Below, in pieces: positions 20,335 through 29,883 of a stretch of DNA of 64,000 nucleotides. Position numbers and translations under genes: made by a program. The stretch is taken from contig JBLIRR010000012.1 in the NCBI GenBank assembly GCA_049472395.1, positions 55,777 to 119,776 on the forward strand, in the 5' to 3' direction. The notes under the pieces are model-generated. The model ran no database searches and was not told where the DNA came from. It was given only the letters and a program-made list of their open reading frames with translations. Within the stretch, counting starts at the first letter, position 1. Each line of letters begins with the position of its first letter. Source of the DNA: a bacterium. GTDB taxonomy: Bacteria > SZUA-182 > DTGQ01 > JBLIRR01.

Positions 20335-21795
20335 ATGCATAAAAAGGCTGAAACTCTAATAGAATTTTTGCAGAACAATGGCGCCTCCTATGGTGATATT
20401 CGAATCCATCTTGATGATGAGACAGAGTCTTTTCAGACATTAAATGGGGTGATCCAGGAAACATCGAGAAGAGCGGCACAAGGTATCGGCATCCGGGTAC
20501 TTTATAATGGTGCATGGGGATTTGCCTCGACCGAGGATTTTACTCGGATGGAATTATGTGCGAGGACAGCCCTTAATAATGCACAAAGTGCCTCGGCTCT
20601 CATACGCTCACCTATTGAGTTAGCGCCAAAAATGATATATCAGGACAATTTCACCTCTCCCGTGGGCACTGATCCTTTCAGTATTACAACAAATGAGAAG
20701 ATAAAACTTCTTCTTGAACTTGACGGGAAAATAAAAGATCCGAGGCTTTCATATTGGACAGTGTTCGCGGTTTTTGATAAAAAGAAGATACTTTTTCTCG
20801 ATACCGAAGGTGCCCGGATCGAGAGAAACCTTCATGATATCGATGCGGGATTAATGGCCTTTACGAATGATCCGCAAGGCAGACAGCACAGGAGGAGTCA
20901 TAATCTTTTCCTAGATGCCGATGGGAAAATCGGCTGGGAGTCTCTTCTCAGCGCCCCTCACTTTCTTTCACATGCAACAAGGATAAAAAATGAGCTTTGT
21001 GAGGTAATTGAGGCGGAAAAGTGCCCGCACAGGGTATGTGATCTAATTCTTTTAAACGAAATGATGGCTCTCCAGGTTCATGAAACCATAGGGCATGCGC
21101 TTGAGCTTGATCGTATTCTTGGGTATGAATTAAGTTATGCGGGGGGAAGTCACATTGAGCTGAAGGATTTTGGCAGGCTCAAGTTTGGAAGTTCTAAACT
21201 CAATGTAAGGGCTGACGGGACGGTCAAGAATTCACCTGGCTCTGTCGGCTATGATGATGACGGGGTGAAGGCGAAAAATGTAGTGCTTATAGAAAATGGA
21301 ATATTAAAAAGCGCTCTTACCTCAAGACAGATGGTCAAAGAGGCAAATAAAAAAGCAGGAAAAATCATTTTTGAAAGCTCCGGAGGGGCGAACAGGGCCT
21401 CAGGTTATAACAGGTTGCCAATTGAAAGAATGAATAATATTAATGTTGATCCGGGTGATGATGGTGATATTAATCAAATAATCGCAAGCTGTGAAAGTGG
21501 TCTTATGGTCGAGTCTCCGGTTTCGTGGTCTATTGGATCAAATCGTGAGAATTTTCATTTTGCCACTGAAATTGGATGGGAGATTAAAGAGGGTTCGATA
21601 GCAAGAGTTGTAAAGAATCCATCCTATGGGGGCAGAACATTAGAGTTTTGGAACTCGCTCGCGAAGGTGGGCAATAGCACAACCTGGCGGCTGCAACAGG
21701 TCTTTAACTGCGGCAAGGGACAACCGAATCAAATCATGCGCCTTGGGCATGGTGTCCCTATTTGTTTATTTAAGAATGTGGAGGTCGGCAATTAG
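20335..21795 (+). CDS. tldD: TldD-family metallopeptidase
   Basis: TldD/PmbA fold motifs (GIGIRVLYNGAWGFAST, HETIGHALELD); immediately followed by a PmbA-like gene. Confidence 0.8.
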   Translation: MHKKAETLIEFLQNNGASYGDIRIHLDDETESFQTLNGVIQETSRRAAQGIGIRVLYNGAWGFASTEDFTRMELCARTALNNAQSASALIRSPIELAPKMIYQDNFTSPVGTDPFSITTNEKIKLLLELDGKIKDPRLSYWTVFAVFDKKKILFLDTEGARIERNLHDIDAGLMAFTNDPQGRQHRRSHNLFLDADGKIGWESLLSAPHFLSHATRIKNELCEVIEAEKCPHRVCDLILLNEMMALQVHETIGHALELDRILGYELSYAGGSHIELKDFGRLKFGSSKLNVRADGTVKNSPGSVGYDDDGVKAKNVVLIENGILKSALTSRQMVKEANKKAGKIIFESSGGANRASGYNRLPIERMNNINVDPGDDGDINQIIASCESGLMVESPVSWSIGSNRENFHFATEIGWEIKEGSIARVVKNPSYGGRTLEFWNSLAKVGNSTTWRLQQVFNCGKGQPNQIMRLGHGVPICLFKNVEVGN

Positions 21796-21797
21796 AT

Positions 21798-23165
21798 ATG
21801 GAGACGCTGCTGCATACTCTTCAAGTCATAAACAATTATATGAAGGAAAGGGATATCTGTGGTGAACTCTTATATCGAGGAGAGAAATCTCATTTATTGA
21901 GGGTAGCCAATGATCAGGTGTCTCTTAATGTCACAGAGGAAGGTGGAAAATTCTTTGTCACCTTACAAGATAATAAAAGGTTCGCAAGGGGAAGCATTGC
22001 GACCTCAGCTGAGAATATCACCCACATTAAGGGCTTGATTGATGATCTTCACGAATCAATCCGATTCTTCCCCGAGGTTCCTTTTTCCACTCCCATGAAG
22101 CCCATATGTCAGCACACGCCCTACACAGCTCACTGTGATCCTGAGATAGAAAACATGGAAAGCAGCATTATGCGCGGGCTCTATGAGAAGGCTATAGAGT
22201 ATTATGCCCCGCGAGGTCTAACAACATCAGGCTCTTTTTCTGCAGGAATGTATGAATATGCTCTCATTAATACCCTTGTGGAGATGCCCCTCTATTATAA
22301 AGGCACTGATTTTAATACTGAGGTAGTATTACAGTTGATGGAAGGGAAAAAAGAAGTACGGATCGATTCATGTGGTGCCAGATTATCTCAGAATGATCCG
22401 GATAGGCTCTTAAAGGACCTTGAGAGAAGTGTCCATTGTATGGTAAGCACAGAATGCACTGAAATTAAACCGGGTAAATATGATGTCATTTTTGGTATTA
22501 ATGCAATTGCCGAGCTTATTTCTTTTTTGAGTTGGCTCGGATTTGATGGGGAGACCTACGAGTATGAAATGGGAATGCTGCAAAAGAGCATCCATAAAAT
22601 GGGGGATAGGATTTTGGGTGAGAATTTTACCCTTATTGATGACCCTGAAGATCCTGATATATTATATGCCCATCCCTTTGGAATCAATGGAGTAGAGCGC
22701 AAAGGCATAAGGATTTTTGACAAGGGGAGAATATGCTATCTTTATTATTCTGATAAATTGAGTGCAGACAGATTTGGACATGCGGTAAATAACGATATTT
22801 CTACTGCAAACTTGAAATTATTGGGAGGAGAGGGCCCGGCAAGTTTTAATGAGATGGTCTCACATTGTGCTGCCCAGACAATATATATCCCCTATCTTCA
22901 TTATATGCATTCACCGAACAGAGCGGCGGGTGAGATTACCGCAACAACACGATTTGGCACATTTTTACTTGAGGATGGCAAGGTCAAGAAGCATTTTATT
23001 AATTTTCGCTTACATGACACATTATTTAACATCTTTAGTAACATTGAGTGGTTAAGCAGCACTCTGTCAGCAGTTAATCTTGCGGATACCTATGATCTGC
23101 GTTTTGCCAAAAGCCTCACCGCTCCTTTATATATGAGAGTAAAGGGAGTGTCACTTAGCAATTAA
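21798..23165 (+). CDS. pmbA: PmbA/TldE-family metallopeptidase
   Basis: TldD/PmbA family sequence pattern; 2-nt spacing after tldD suggests an operon. Confidence 0.7.
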   Translation: METLLHTLQVINNYMKERDICGELLYRGEKSHLLRVANDQVSLNVTEEGGKFFVTLQDNKRFARGSIATSAENITHIKGLIDDLHESIRFFPEVPFSTPMKPICQHTPYTAHCDPEIENMESSIMRGLYEKAIEYYAPRGLTTSGSFSAGMYEYALINTLVEMPLYYKGTDFNTEVVLQLMEGKKEVRIDSCGARLSQNDPDRLLKDLERSVHCMVSTECTEIKPGKYDVIFGINAIAELISFLSWLGFDGETYEYEMGMLQKSIHKMGDRILGENFTLIDDPEDPDILYAHPFGINGVERKGIRIFDKGRICYLYYSDKLSADRFGHAVNNDISTANLKLLGGEGPASFNEMVSHCAAQTIYIPYLHYMHSPNRAAGEITATTRFGTFLLEDGKVKKHFINFRLHDTLFNIFSNIEWLSSTLSAVNLADTYDLRFAKSLTAPLYMRVKGVSLSN

Positions 23166-23200
23166 ATTTCTTTCAGAAATTATTATTTCACTATAGAGAT

Positions 23201-23253
23201 CACAGAGATCACAGTAGTAGAGTGAAATCACCGTCTCCGCTGTGATCTCTGTG
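23201..23253. terminator. Long-loop hairpin between convergent genes (putative bidirectional terminator)
   Basis: Perfect 14-bp inverted repeat CACAGAGATCACAG / CTGTGATCTCTGTG with a 25-nt loop, followed by an AT-rich stretch. Confidence 0.4.
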
Positions 23254-23288
23254 GTTAATTTTAAAAAATCTTATTTCTCTTTTTCATT

Positions 23289-23912
23289 TCAATAGCCGAG
23301 AATAGCTGCCGGCGTCAATAGGGAGCTGAATGTAGGCGTAGGAGTAATCAGAGAGGCTAACCAGGGTGTCAAACCTGTTAAATTCGGTGGGAGCGCTATG
23401 GTGCTCGCCAGATTAGCATAATTTGGATATTCAGCAATATAGGCTAAGTTAGCAATCGGCACGACATCCTCAATCCACAGAGGATCTGTCGGAAGTAATA
23501 GTGAAAAACCAAGCGGCAGACCAACGGGTATGGGGAGACCGGTTACCGTATCTATCATATAATTTGGCGGCCAAAGATTTATGCCGTAGAGAGGATCGTA
23601 ATAGGCCATTCCAATAGGAGTATTATAGAGTAAATAGGGGTAGCTAAAACTAGGGTTCCACGTTAATCCCGGCTGTACTGGCAGGACAGTTGTAGGATAC
23701 AGGGAATCAACGATTGGAGTGGCTAGTCCTGTCACAGGATCTGGTGGTGAGAGAGCAGGGGACCATAAAGGCCACAAGGTATTATAAGGTGGTAACGGGG
23801 TCCATGTCTGGGCATTGAGGCATGGAGCACACACTAATAACGACAGGACAACAATACTAAAAAGGCATAGAGACATATTTCGTAATAATCTTCGTAGTTT
23901 TTTTGATAACAT
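23289..23912 (-). CDS. Secreted Pro/Trp/Tyr-rich protein, paralog of 567-1226
   Basis: Signal peptide ending CLNAQ; motifs PPYNTLWPLWSPALSP and YLLYNTPIGMAYYDPLYGINLWPP shared with the 567-1226 product; GGGAGG RBS; real start may be the internal MSLCLF. Confidence 0.8.
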   Translation of the reverse strand: MLSKKLRRLLRNMSLCLFSIVVLSLLVCAPCLNAQTWTPLPPYNTLWPLWSPALSPPDPVTGLATPIVDSLYPTTVLPVQPGLTWNPSFSYPYLLYNTPIGMAYYDPLYGINLWPPNYMIDTVTGLPIPVGLPLGFSLLLPTDPLWIEDVVPIANLAYIAEYPNYANLASTIALPPNLTGLTPWLASLITPTPTFSSLLTPAAILGY

Positions 23913-23980
23913 AAAATTTTTTACCTCCCTTAAGAATAATAGAATTTAAAAATTAGAAATCTAAAGAGTTATAAATTCTA

Positions 23981-23989
23981 ATTATACCA
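23981..23989 (-). promoter_or_regulatory. Extended -10 element TGGTATAAT upstream of paralog gene
   Basis: Reverse complement of ATTATACCA gives TGGTATAAT about 70 nt upstream of start 23912; identical element to the one before the 567 paralog. Confidence 0.3.
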
Positions 23990-24010
23990 CCTCCTTTAAA
24001 ACAGAAATTC

Positions 24011-24472
24011 TTATTGAAGATTTATCCAGGATAAGTAATAATCCACTAAGCCGAATGAATATGTAGGGTAATTAGGCGGACCATAGGGTTGAAAAGTACC
24101 CGGCAGAGCTTGATAAGGGAAAGGGATTGCTTCTATGTAACTTAAATAAGGGTACGTAGCACTATCAAAATAATTATAAAGATATACTGCATAAGGATCG
24201 AGAAAAGGATTGTAACTATAGGCCCCCAATAAATCATTACCAGCTATAGGTGGTTTATACCCATATCCAAGGTAGTAAAAAGGATCAGTGATCGAATTAA
24301 TGTATCCATAAGTTGTAAAATAAAGTGGATCAAGATAATAATAAGAAATAGGTAATTGCTGACAATATGTATTTATGGGGGTAATAATAAAATAGATCGA
24401 TAAAAAGATTAAAGCTATATATTTAAAAAATCTAAGACTATCCATAAAGCTCCTCCAATTTAAATTACCCAA
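24011..24472 (-). CDS. Secreted Tyr/Pro-rich low-complexity protein
   Basis: Hydrophobic N-terminal signal-like segment; mature part about 25% Tyr with repeated Y-x-Y, PY and DP motifs. Confidence 0.6.
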   Translation of the reverse strand: MGNLNWRSFMDSLRFFKYIALIFLSIYFIITPINTYCQQLPISYYYLDPLYFTTYGYINSITDPFYYLGYGYKPPIAGNDLLGAYSYNPFLDPYAVYLYNYFDSATYPYLSYIEAIPFPYQALPGTFQPYGPPNYPTYSFGLVDYYLSWINLQ

Positions 24473-24623
24473 CCGTTTATGTAGAATTTGAAATATATCT
24501 TGATTTTATCACCCCCTGTTTTCATTTCTTATGTAAAAATTATGATTATCCATCCGATCGAAAAGAAAAAATAAAATGAAAAAATGTTTAGATATATAGT
24601 GGTAATATTATAACCAAAAAACT

Positions 24624-24647
24624 AATAATTGTCAAGTGACAATTATT
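24624..24647. promoter_or_regulatory. Palindromic candidate operator
   Basis: AATAATTGTCA-AG-TGACAATTATT: 11-bp inverted repeat arms with a 2-bp spacer, in the intergenic region upstream of the 24011-24472 gene. Confidence 0.3.
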
Positions 24648-24753
24648 GATTACAGCAATTCTAATTTTGATTGTTAAATTCCTCGACCGCGGGGTCAGAT
24701 CTTGAAATATTGACAACGACTCGAAGGATAATCCTTTTTTAGAAATCTGTCTG

Positions 24754-25476
24754 TCAGGGAATAATTATTTGAGGGATTTCTCCAAGAAATTCTCCACTCT
24801 TTTTATTAAAAAATTGCGCGCTATAGGTGCCGGAGGGTAAATTTTCAATGAGTGTTGTGAGATCATAATTGCACACGCATCTGCACCCGCTGCCATCCAA
24901 TAGTTCTTCCTCATAAATGTTAATGGTATGATCAACTATTTCCATGCTTCTGGCTATCTCTATAATACAGCAATTAAAAAGTGCATCTTTATGATAGAGA
25001 TAGAGAATATCATGTTCATACAGGTAGCTGAATTGTGAATGCTTTTCTTCTCTTGTGGTGGGATTGCAGTCACTATTTGAGTACTCTTTAATTGCTGGTT
25101 CCAATGTTTCAGAACTTGTTGGTCCTAAGGGGAAAATCCAGGGGAAGTAGAGAGCAGGGGATGCCCACTGAAACTGATAATCAGGAATGGCCAACGGTGT
25201 ATTTACAAATGAAGGGAAAAAGTCTTGTCCCCATGAAGAGGAAGGAGACCATGGCGTAATGTAAATTGGTCTCTGGGAAAAGATTGAAGAATATGGCTCC
25301 CAGATTGACGATAACGATACCTGAGAAAAGAGTGGGGAAACTGTCCATCTATTATTCACAATAAATGGTGATGATGGATTTGTCGTGTATGAAGTGAATA
25401 ATTGTGCTTCTATATTAAAGGAAGACAATAAGAGGATAGAGATTAAAAGAATAATAATATAGCCCGCTTTTTTCAT
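24754..25476 (-). CDS. Secreted protein with Ser/Pro/Trp-rich N-terminal half and Cys-containing C-terminal domain
   Basis: Signal peptide (IILLISILLLSSFNIEA); the N-terminal half has low-complexity composition similar to the neighbouring secreted proteins. Confidence 0.65.
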   Translation of the reverse strand: MKKAGYIIILLISILLLSSFNIEAQLFTSYTTNPSSPFIVNNRWTVSPLFSQVSLSSIWEPYSSIFSQRPIYITPWSPSSSWGQDFFPSFVNTPLAIPDYQFQWASPALYFPWIFPLGPTSSETLEPAIKEYSNSDCNPTTREEKHSQFSYLYEHDILYLYHKDALFNCCIIEIARSMEIVDHTINIYEEELLDGSGCRCVCNYDLTTLIENLPSGTYSAQFFNKKSGEFLGEIPQIIIP

Positions 25477-25602
25477 TTTGCTAAGTATCCTTTTTTGTTA
25501 TGATGTTGCAATATCTTATGTATACTCAATATATACTTCCAAAAGCTTCTCTAAAAATGACACACTTTTTTGTATGATCTTACAATAAATGCAATAACTG
25601 CT

Positions 25603-25797
25603 CTATGGGCAGTTATCTTTCCTGGCACTACATTTTTTCTTAAAGGATTGGCACACAAATCCCGAGCTTTCACGAACCATGGCAGACGGGGTTTTTTTTG
25701 TTTTAAAGCCCATCGCTTTGCAGCCATAAGGAAAGTTTTTATCCCACGTGATATAAAAATAGTGACATTTATAACAATTAACGTCTCGCTCTGTCAT
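25603..25797 (-). CDS. Small Cys-rich protein, hypothetical
   Basis: 64-aa ORF with patterned Cys/aromatic residues (CYKCHYFYITWD...GCKAMGF...FVCQSF...C...C); overlaps an opposite-strand ORF of similar size. Confidence 0.35.
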   Translation of the reverse strand: MTERDVNCYKCHYFYITWDKNFPYGCKAMGFKTKKTPSAMVRESSGFVCQSFKKKCSARKDNCP

Positions 25798-25934
25798 TGA
25801 GAAGATTTCTCTACTATAGATCTTTAATCCCTGGCTCCTAAGCTCATCACCAATTATTTATTTTAGCATACTTCAAATATTAGTTCATTATACAACTTTG
25901 GGTATTTGTATAAAAGACTTGAGTATGCTACAGT

Positions 25935-26630
25935 ATGCTTATGGATGCGGGGAGAGGAATTCTTTATATTGTCGGAACACCTATTGGGAATCTAGAGGAT
26001 ATTACTTACCGGGCGATTGCCACATTACAACACGTCGATTGTATTGCCGCAGAAGATACCCGCCGTACAAGAAAATTGCTGACTCATTATTCCATTTCAA
26101 AACCGTGTATGAGTTATCATGATTTTAATAAGATGAAACAGGCTCCTCTCATTGTAAAACGAATTTTAGATGGTGAATCAATTGCACTGGTGACCGATGC
26201 GGGCACACCAGGGATATCTGATCCGGGATATCGTTTGATCACAATGGCTATTGAGAATGGAATATCGGTACTCCCGATTCCAGGGCCTTCCGCGCTTGTT
26301 TCCGCGTTATCCGTATCAGGGCTCCCCATTGACCGTTTTGTATTTGAGGGATATTTAGACGGGCGGTCTAAAAAGAGACAAAATCGGTTACTCCAATTGG
26401 TTGATGAAGTGAGAACCATTGTGATATTTGAGTCTCCCCACAGGATCAAGAAAACACTGGAAGACATAGCCACTATCTTAGGGGACCGTAAGATTTGCAT
26501 TGCCAGAGAATTAACCAAGCTTAATGAGGAGGTGATTCATGGTGAGGTCACCAGGATCATACAGCTACTCAGCGAAAGAGGGAAGATAAAAGGGGAGATT
26601 ACTATCGTCATTCATGGCAAGGACAAATAA
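25935..26630 (+). CDS. rsmI: 16S rRNA (cytidine1402-2'-O)-methyltransferase
   Basis: RsmI N-terminal signature ILYIVGTPIGNLEDITYRAI...AEDTRRTRKLL. Confidence 0.85.
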   Translation: MLMDAGRGILYIVGTPIGNLEDITYRAIATLQHVDCIAAEDTRRTRKLLTHYSISKPCMSYHDFNKMKQAPLIVKRILDGESIALVTDAGTPGISDPGYRLITMAIENGISVLPIPGPSALVSALSVSGLPIDRFVFEGYLDGRSKKRQNRLLQLVDEVRTIVIFESPHRIKKTLEDIATILGDRKICIARELTKLNEEVIHGEVTRIIQLLSERGKIKGEITIVIHGKDK

Positions 26631-26635
26631 CAGGG

Positions 26636-27589
26636 CTATGTGGGTAATGCGTGGGAGATTAAAGCCACTGCCCCGATTATCCCTGCATTGTCGCCAAGCT
26701 GTGCTCGCACAATCTGAGCTGATTTAACAGGAATATCAAAGGCCCGTTTACGGATCTCCTCCACCATTGAAGGGTAAAACATGTCCCATGAATGAGACAT
26801 GCCTCCGCCAATCACTATCATTTCGGGATTGAGGAGATTGATCAGAGTGGCAATTCCTATGCCAAGATATATGCCTATGTCATGCAATATCCGTCGGGAT
26901 AACGCATCGTTCTCTTTCGCAGCTTTATATATGATTTCTGCGGTTACCTCTTCTCCTTTCCCGCATATGTGTGAGAGTGTGCTCTTGTGCCCTTCATTGA
27001 GCAGCTCAAGAGTCCTTTTTACAAGTGCAGAGGCAGACGCATATGCCTCAAGACATCCCCTATTGCCGCAATTACATGTAATCCCATCATAGATAATAGT
27101 CATGTGGCCGACTTCTCCAGCCATTCCCATGCATCCGTGCCATATTTTCCCATCAAGAATAATCCCCCCTCCAACACCAGTCCCCAGCGTGAGACAAATG
27201 AGGCTGGATACGGTGCGGCCGGCTCCATACCATTTTTCTCCGTAAGCAATCGTGTTCGCGTCATTTTCAATATATACCGGAACCCTGAAATGTTCCTCTA
27301 TAATCTGTTTCAAAGGAACATCGTTCCACCCGGGCAGATTTGGTGATGTATGAATCACACCGCTTTTTATCTCTATAATACCCGGGCACCCTATTCCTAT
27401 ACCTAATAATGGTGATGGATTTTGTGATGCAATAAGCTCGTCAATACACGCTTTGAGATTATGAATAACATGTTCAACTCCCTGCTGTGCATGGGTTGGC
27501 TTAATAGCAGAGTGTGTGATATGCCCATCCATTGTAACCGCTCCCCCCCGAAGATTAGTCCCGCCTAAATCTATACCAATAAAATACAT
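26636..27589 (-). CDS. ROK family sugar kinase (glucokinase-like)
   Basis: ROK signature (FIGIDLGGTNLRG; Cys/His cluster GHMTIIYDGITCNCGNRGCLE). Confidence 0.85.
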   Translation of the reverse strand: MYFIGIDLGGTNLRGGAVTMDGHITHSAIKPTHAQQGVEHVIHNLKACIDELIASQNPSPLLGIGIGCPGIIEIKSGVIHTSPNLPGWNDVPLKQIIEEHFRVPVYIENDANTIAYGEKWYGAGRTVSSLICLTLGTGVGGGIILDGKIWHGCMGMAGEVGHMTIIYDGITCNCGNRGCLEAYASASALVKRTLELLNEGHKSTLSHICGKGEEVTAEIIYKAAKENDALSRRILHDIGIYLGIGIATLINLLNPEMIVIGGGMSHSWDMFYPSMVEEIRKRAFDIPVKSAQIVRAQLGDNAGIIGAVALISHALPT

Positions 27590-27592
27590 TTT

Positions 27593-28453
27593 TTACTCCT
27601 TAAGTGCATCCAGCGCAGTTTTGTACATTACTGCTTTTGGCGCCTTAGTTTTTGTCCATAGTGTGAATTGAAGGCATGCTTGGTTGATAAACATTGTTAA
27701 GCCGGGGACCACTGTGCATCCTTTTGTCTCCGCATCCATAATAAGTTTTGTCTTAAGCGGTGTGTATATTGTATCAAATACCACAAGGTCCTTATGGAGA
27801 AATTCAGCGGGCAGTGGTGTGTCCTCTCTATGGGGCCACATACCAACTGATGTGCATTGAATGAGAATGTCAGCCTGAGCGATTTCTCCTTGGAGGCTCT
27901 TTTGATCAAAAGAAGAAGTTGTAATGGGTGCCCTATTCAAGTTTTGTAAATCATTTTCTAATCTTTTGACCTTTTCGGGTGTTCTCCCCACAATTGCCAA
28001 GGAGTGTGGATTATGCACATGCAATAAATTGAATGCAATCCCACGGGCTACACCACCGGTGCCTACGATTACAATTTTTTTTTCGTTGATTTCGATCCCT
28101 GCTTCTTTCAAGGCTTCCATTGCCCCTGATCCATCAGTATTATACCCTTTTACTTTATCCTCTTCTTTGAGAACAGTATTAATAGAACCGATAAAGGAAG
28201 CTCCTCCCTCTATCCAGTCAAGATAAGGCATTATCTGTATTTTATGTGGAATAGTGATGCTGAGTCCCTTGAGCTGCTCGAGGGCTCGAAAACCATTCAT
28301 TGCATGTTTCAGGTTTTCATCAATCACCCGAAAGGCACAATAGATATAATCAATTCCGCATTCACGAAAGGCCGCATTATGAATAAGAGGGGATAAGGAA
28401 TGCTCTACAGGATTGCCAATAATTGCACACACCTTTGTGGATGGAGTAATCAT
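27593..28453 (-). CDS. aroE: Shikimate dehydrogenase
   Basis: AroE motifs (AIIGNPVEHSLSPLIHNAAF, GLSITIPHK, VGTGGVARG); start placed at internal Met (28451-28453) to avoid overlap with mpl; the track ORF runs to 28525. Confidence 0.8.
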   Translation of the reverse strand: MITPSTKVCAIIGNPVEHSLSPLIHNAAFRECGIDYIYCAFRVIDENLKHAMNGFRALEQLKGLSITIPHKIQIMPYLDWIEGGASFIGSINTVLKEEDKVKGYNTDGSGAMEALKEAGIEINEKKIVIVGTGGVARGIAFNLLHVHNPHSLAIVGRTPEKVKRLENDLQNLNRAPITTSSFDQKSLQGEIAQADILIQCTSVGMWPHREDTPLPAEFLHKDLVVFDTIYTPLKTKLIMDAETKGCTVVPGLTMFINQACLQFTLWTKTKAPKAVMYKTALDALKE

Positions 28454-28460
28454 TATAGTG

Positions 28461-29879
28461 TTAGTTCCTTTTTGTGTGCGTGCTGTGTGCCAAAGCAAGC
28501 GGTAATTTTTTATATATATTGTCAAATCCCCCTGGAGACATAATCACTACCACATCGTCTTTTCTAAGGTTTTGCGCACAATAATCGACAATGGCATTCA
28601 CCTCCTTAATATAGAGGGCATCCTGTCCGTTTTTATTTATCTCTCTGGCTAATTGTTCCGGGGATAATCTCATTGAGGGTTCTATCATATCTTCTTGATA
28701 TACGCCGGCAATAATAATTTTGTCGGCATGCGTAAATGCGCTCCTGTATTCTTCTTGAAAGACATTTCTTTTACTGGTCGCTGTACGGGGTTCGAATAAT
28801 GCCCACAATCTTCTGTCCTTATATCGTGCTTTTAATCCTGCGAGCGTCTCCCTCACAGAAGTGGGATGATGAGCAAAATCGTCTATCAATGTAATACCGT
28901 TTATTTCAGTAAATACTTCCTGCCGTCTTTTTACGCCCCGAAAGCTCAGTATACTCTGAGCAATAATCTCCGGATGGACACCTATGATAAATGCCCCAAC
29001 AAATGCGCACAGGGCATTGACCATGTTATAGGTCCCTATAAGTTTTGATCGGACAAGCACAGGTTCCGGGAGGTGGTCGGGGCTTATAATTTTACATGAG
29101 GAAGAGTGACTCTCTATGTGCACTTCATCCAGCTTCCATGTTGACTCATGATGAAATCCGCATGTATGAACCGTGCATTGAGCTTCTCTGCATAATTCTC
29201 TGACATGAGCATTGTCAATACAGGCTATCAGGTGTCCATCGGGCGGGATGAGAGCAATAAATTTTCTAAATGCCTGTTTAATTTCATCGATACTGTGGTA
29301 GATATCAGCATGGTCAAATTCAATATTGGTCAGAATAGCGAGTTTGGGTTTATAATGCAAGAATTTTGGATTTTTATCAAAGAAGGCAGTATCATATTCA
29401 TCCCCCTCAATAATAAAATGTTTCTTTTTTCCTATTTTATAATTGCGTGAGAAATTAACCGGTATGCCCCCAATAAGGAAACCAGGTTCATAGCCTGAAG
29501 ATTCTAAAATCCAACTGAGCAATGAAGAGGTTGTCGTTTTTCCATGGGTGCCTGATACCACTACGGGATACTTATCATGTAAAAAGAATTTAGCCAAGGC
29601 TGCGGGGAATGAACAGTAAGGCAGGCCTCTCTCTAACATAGCCTTGACTTCAGGATTGTTTTTTGAAACTGCATTGCCGACAATAATGAGGTCAGGGGGA
29701 GGATCAAGGTTTGCAGGCGCAAATTCGTGGATAAGCTTAATGCCTAAATTTTCAATGATCGTGCTCATGGGAGGATAGGCATTGTGGTCTGAGCCTGTAA
29801 CGGTAAATCCGGCCTCTTTCAGCATGCCTGCAAGGGATGCCATACCAGTGCCACAAATTGCAATAATATGAATATGCAT
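28461..29879 (-). CDS. mpl: UDP-N-acetylmuramate:L-alanyl-gamma-D-glutamyl-meso-diaminopimelate ligase
   Basis: Mur ligase N-terminus (HIHIIAICGTGMASLAGML...GSDHNAYPPMST) and P-loop GTHGKTTTSSL; length fits Mpl better than MurC. Confidence 0.8.
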   Translation of the reverse strand: MHIHIIAICGTGMASLAGMLKEAGFTVTGSDHNAYPPMSTIIENLGIKLIHEFAPANLDPPPDLIIVGNAVSKNNPEVKAMLERGLPYCSFPAALAKFFLHDKYPVVVSGTHGKTTTSSLLSWILESSGYEPGFLIGGIPVNFSRNYKIGKKKHFIIEGDEYDTAFFDKNPKFLHYKPKLAILTNIEFDHADIYHSIDEIKQAFRKFIALIPPDGHLIACIDNAHVRELCREAQCTVHTCGFHHESTWKLDEVHIESHSSSCKIISPDHLPEPVLVRSKLIGTYNMVNALCAFVGAFIIGVHPEIIAQSILSFRGVKRRQEVFTEINGITLIDDFAHHPTSVRETLAGLKARYKDRRLWALFEPRTATSKRNVFQEEYRSAFTHADKIIIAGVYQEDMIEPSMRLSPEQLAREINKNGQDALYIKEVNAIVDYCAQNLRKDDVVVIMSPGGFDNIYKKLPLALAHSTHTKRN

Positions 29880-29883
29880 TATC

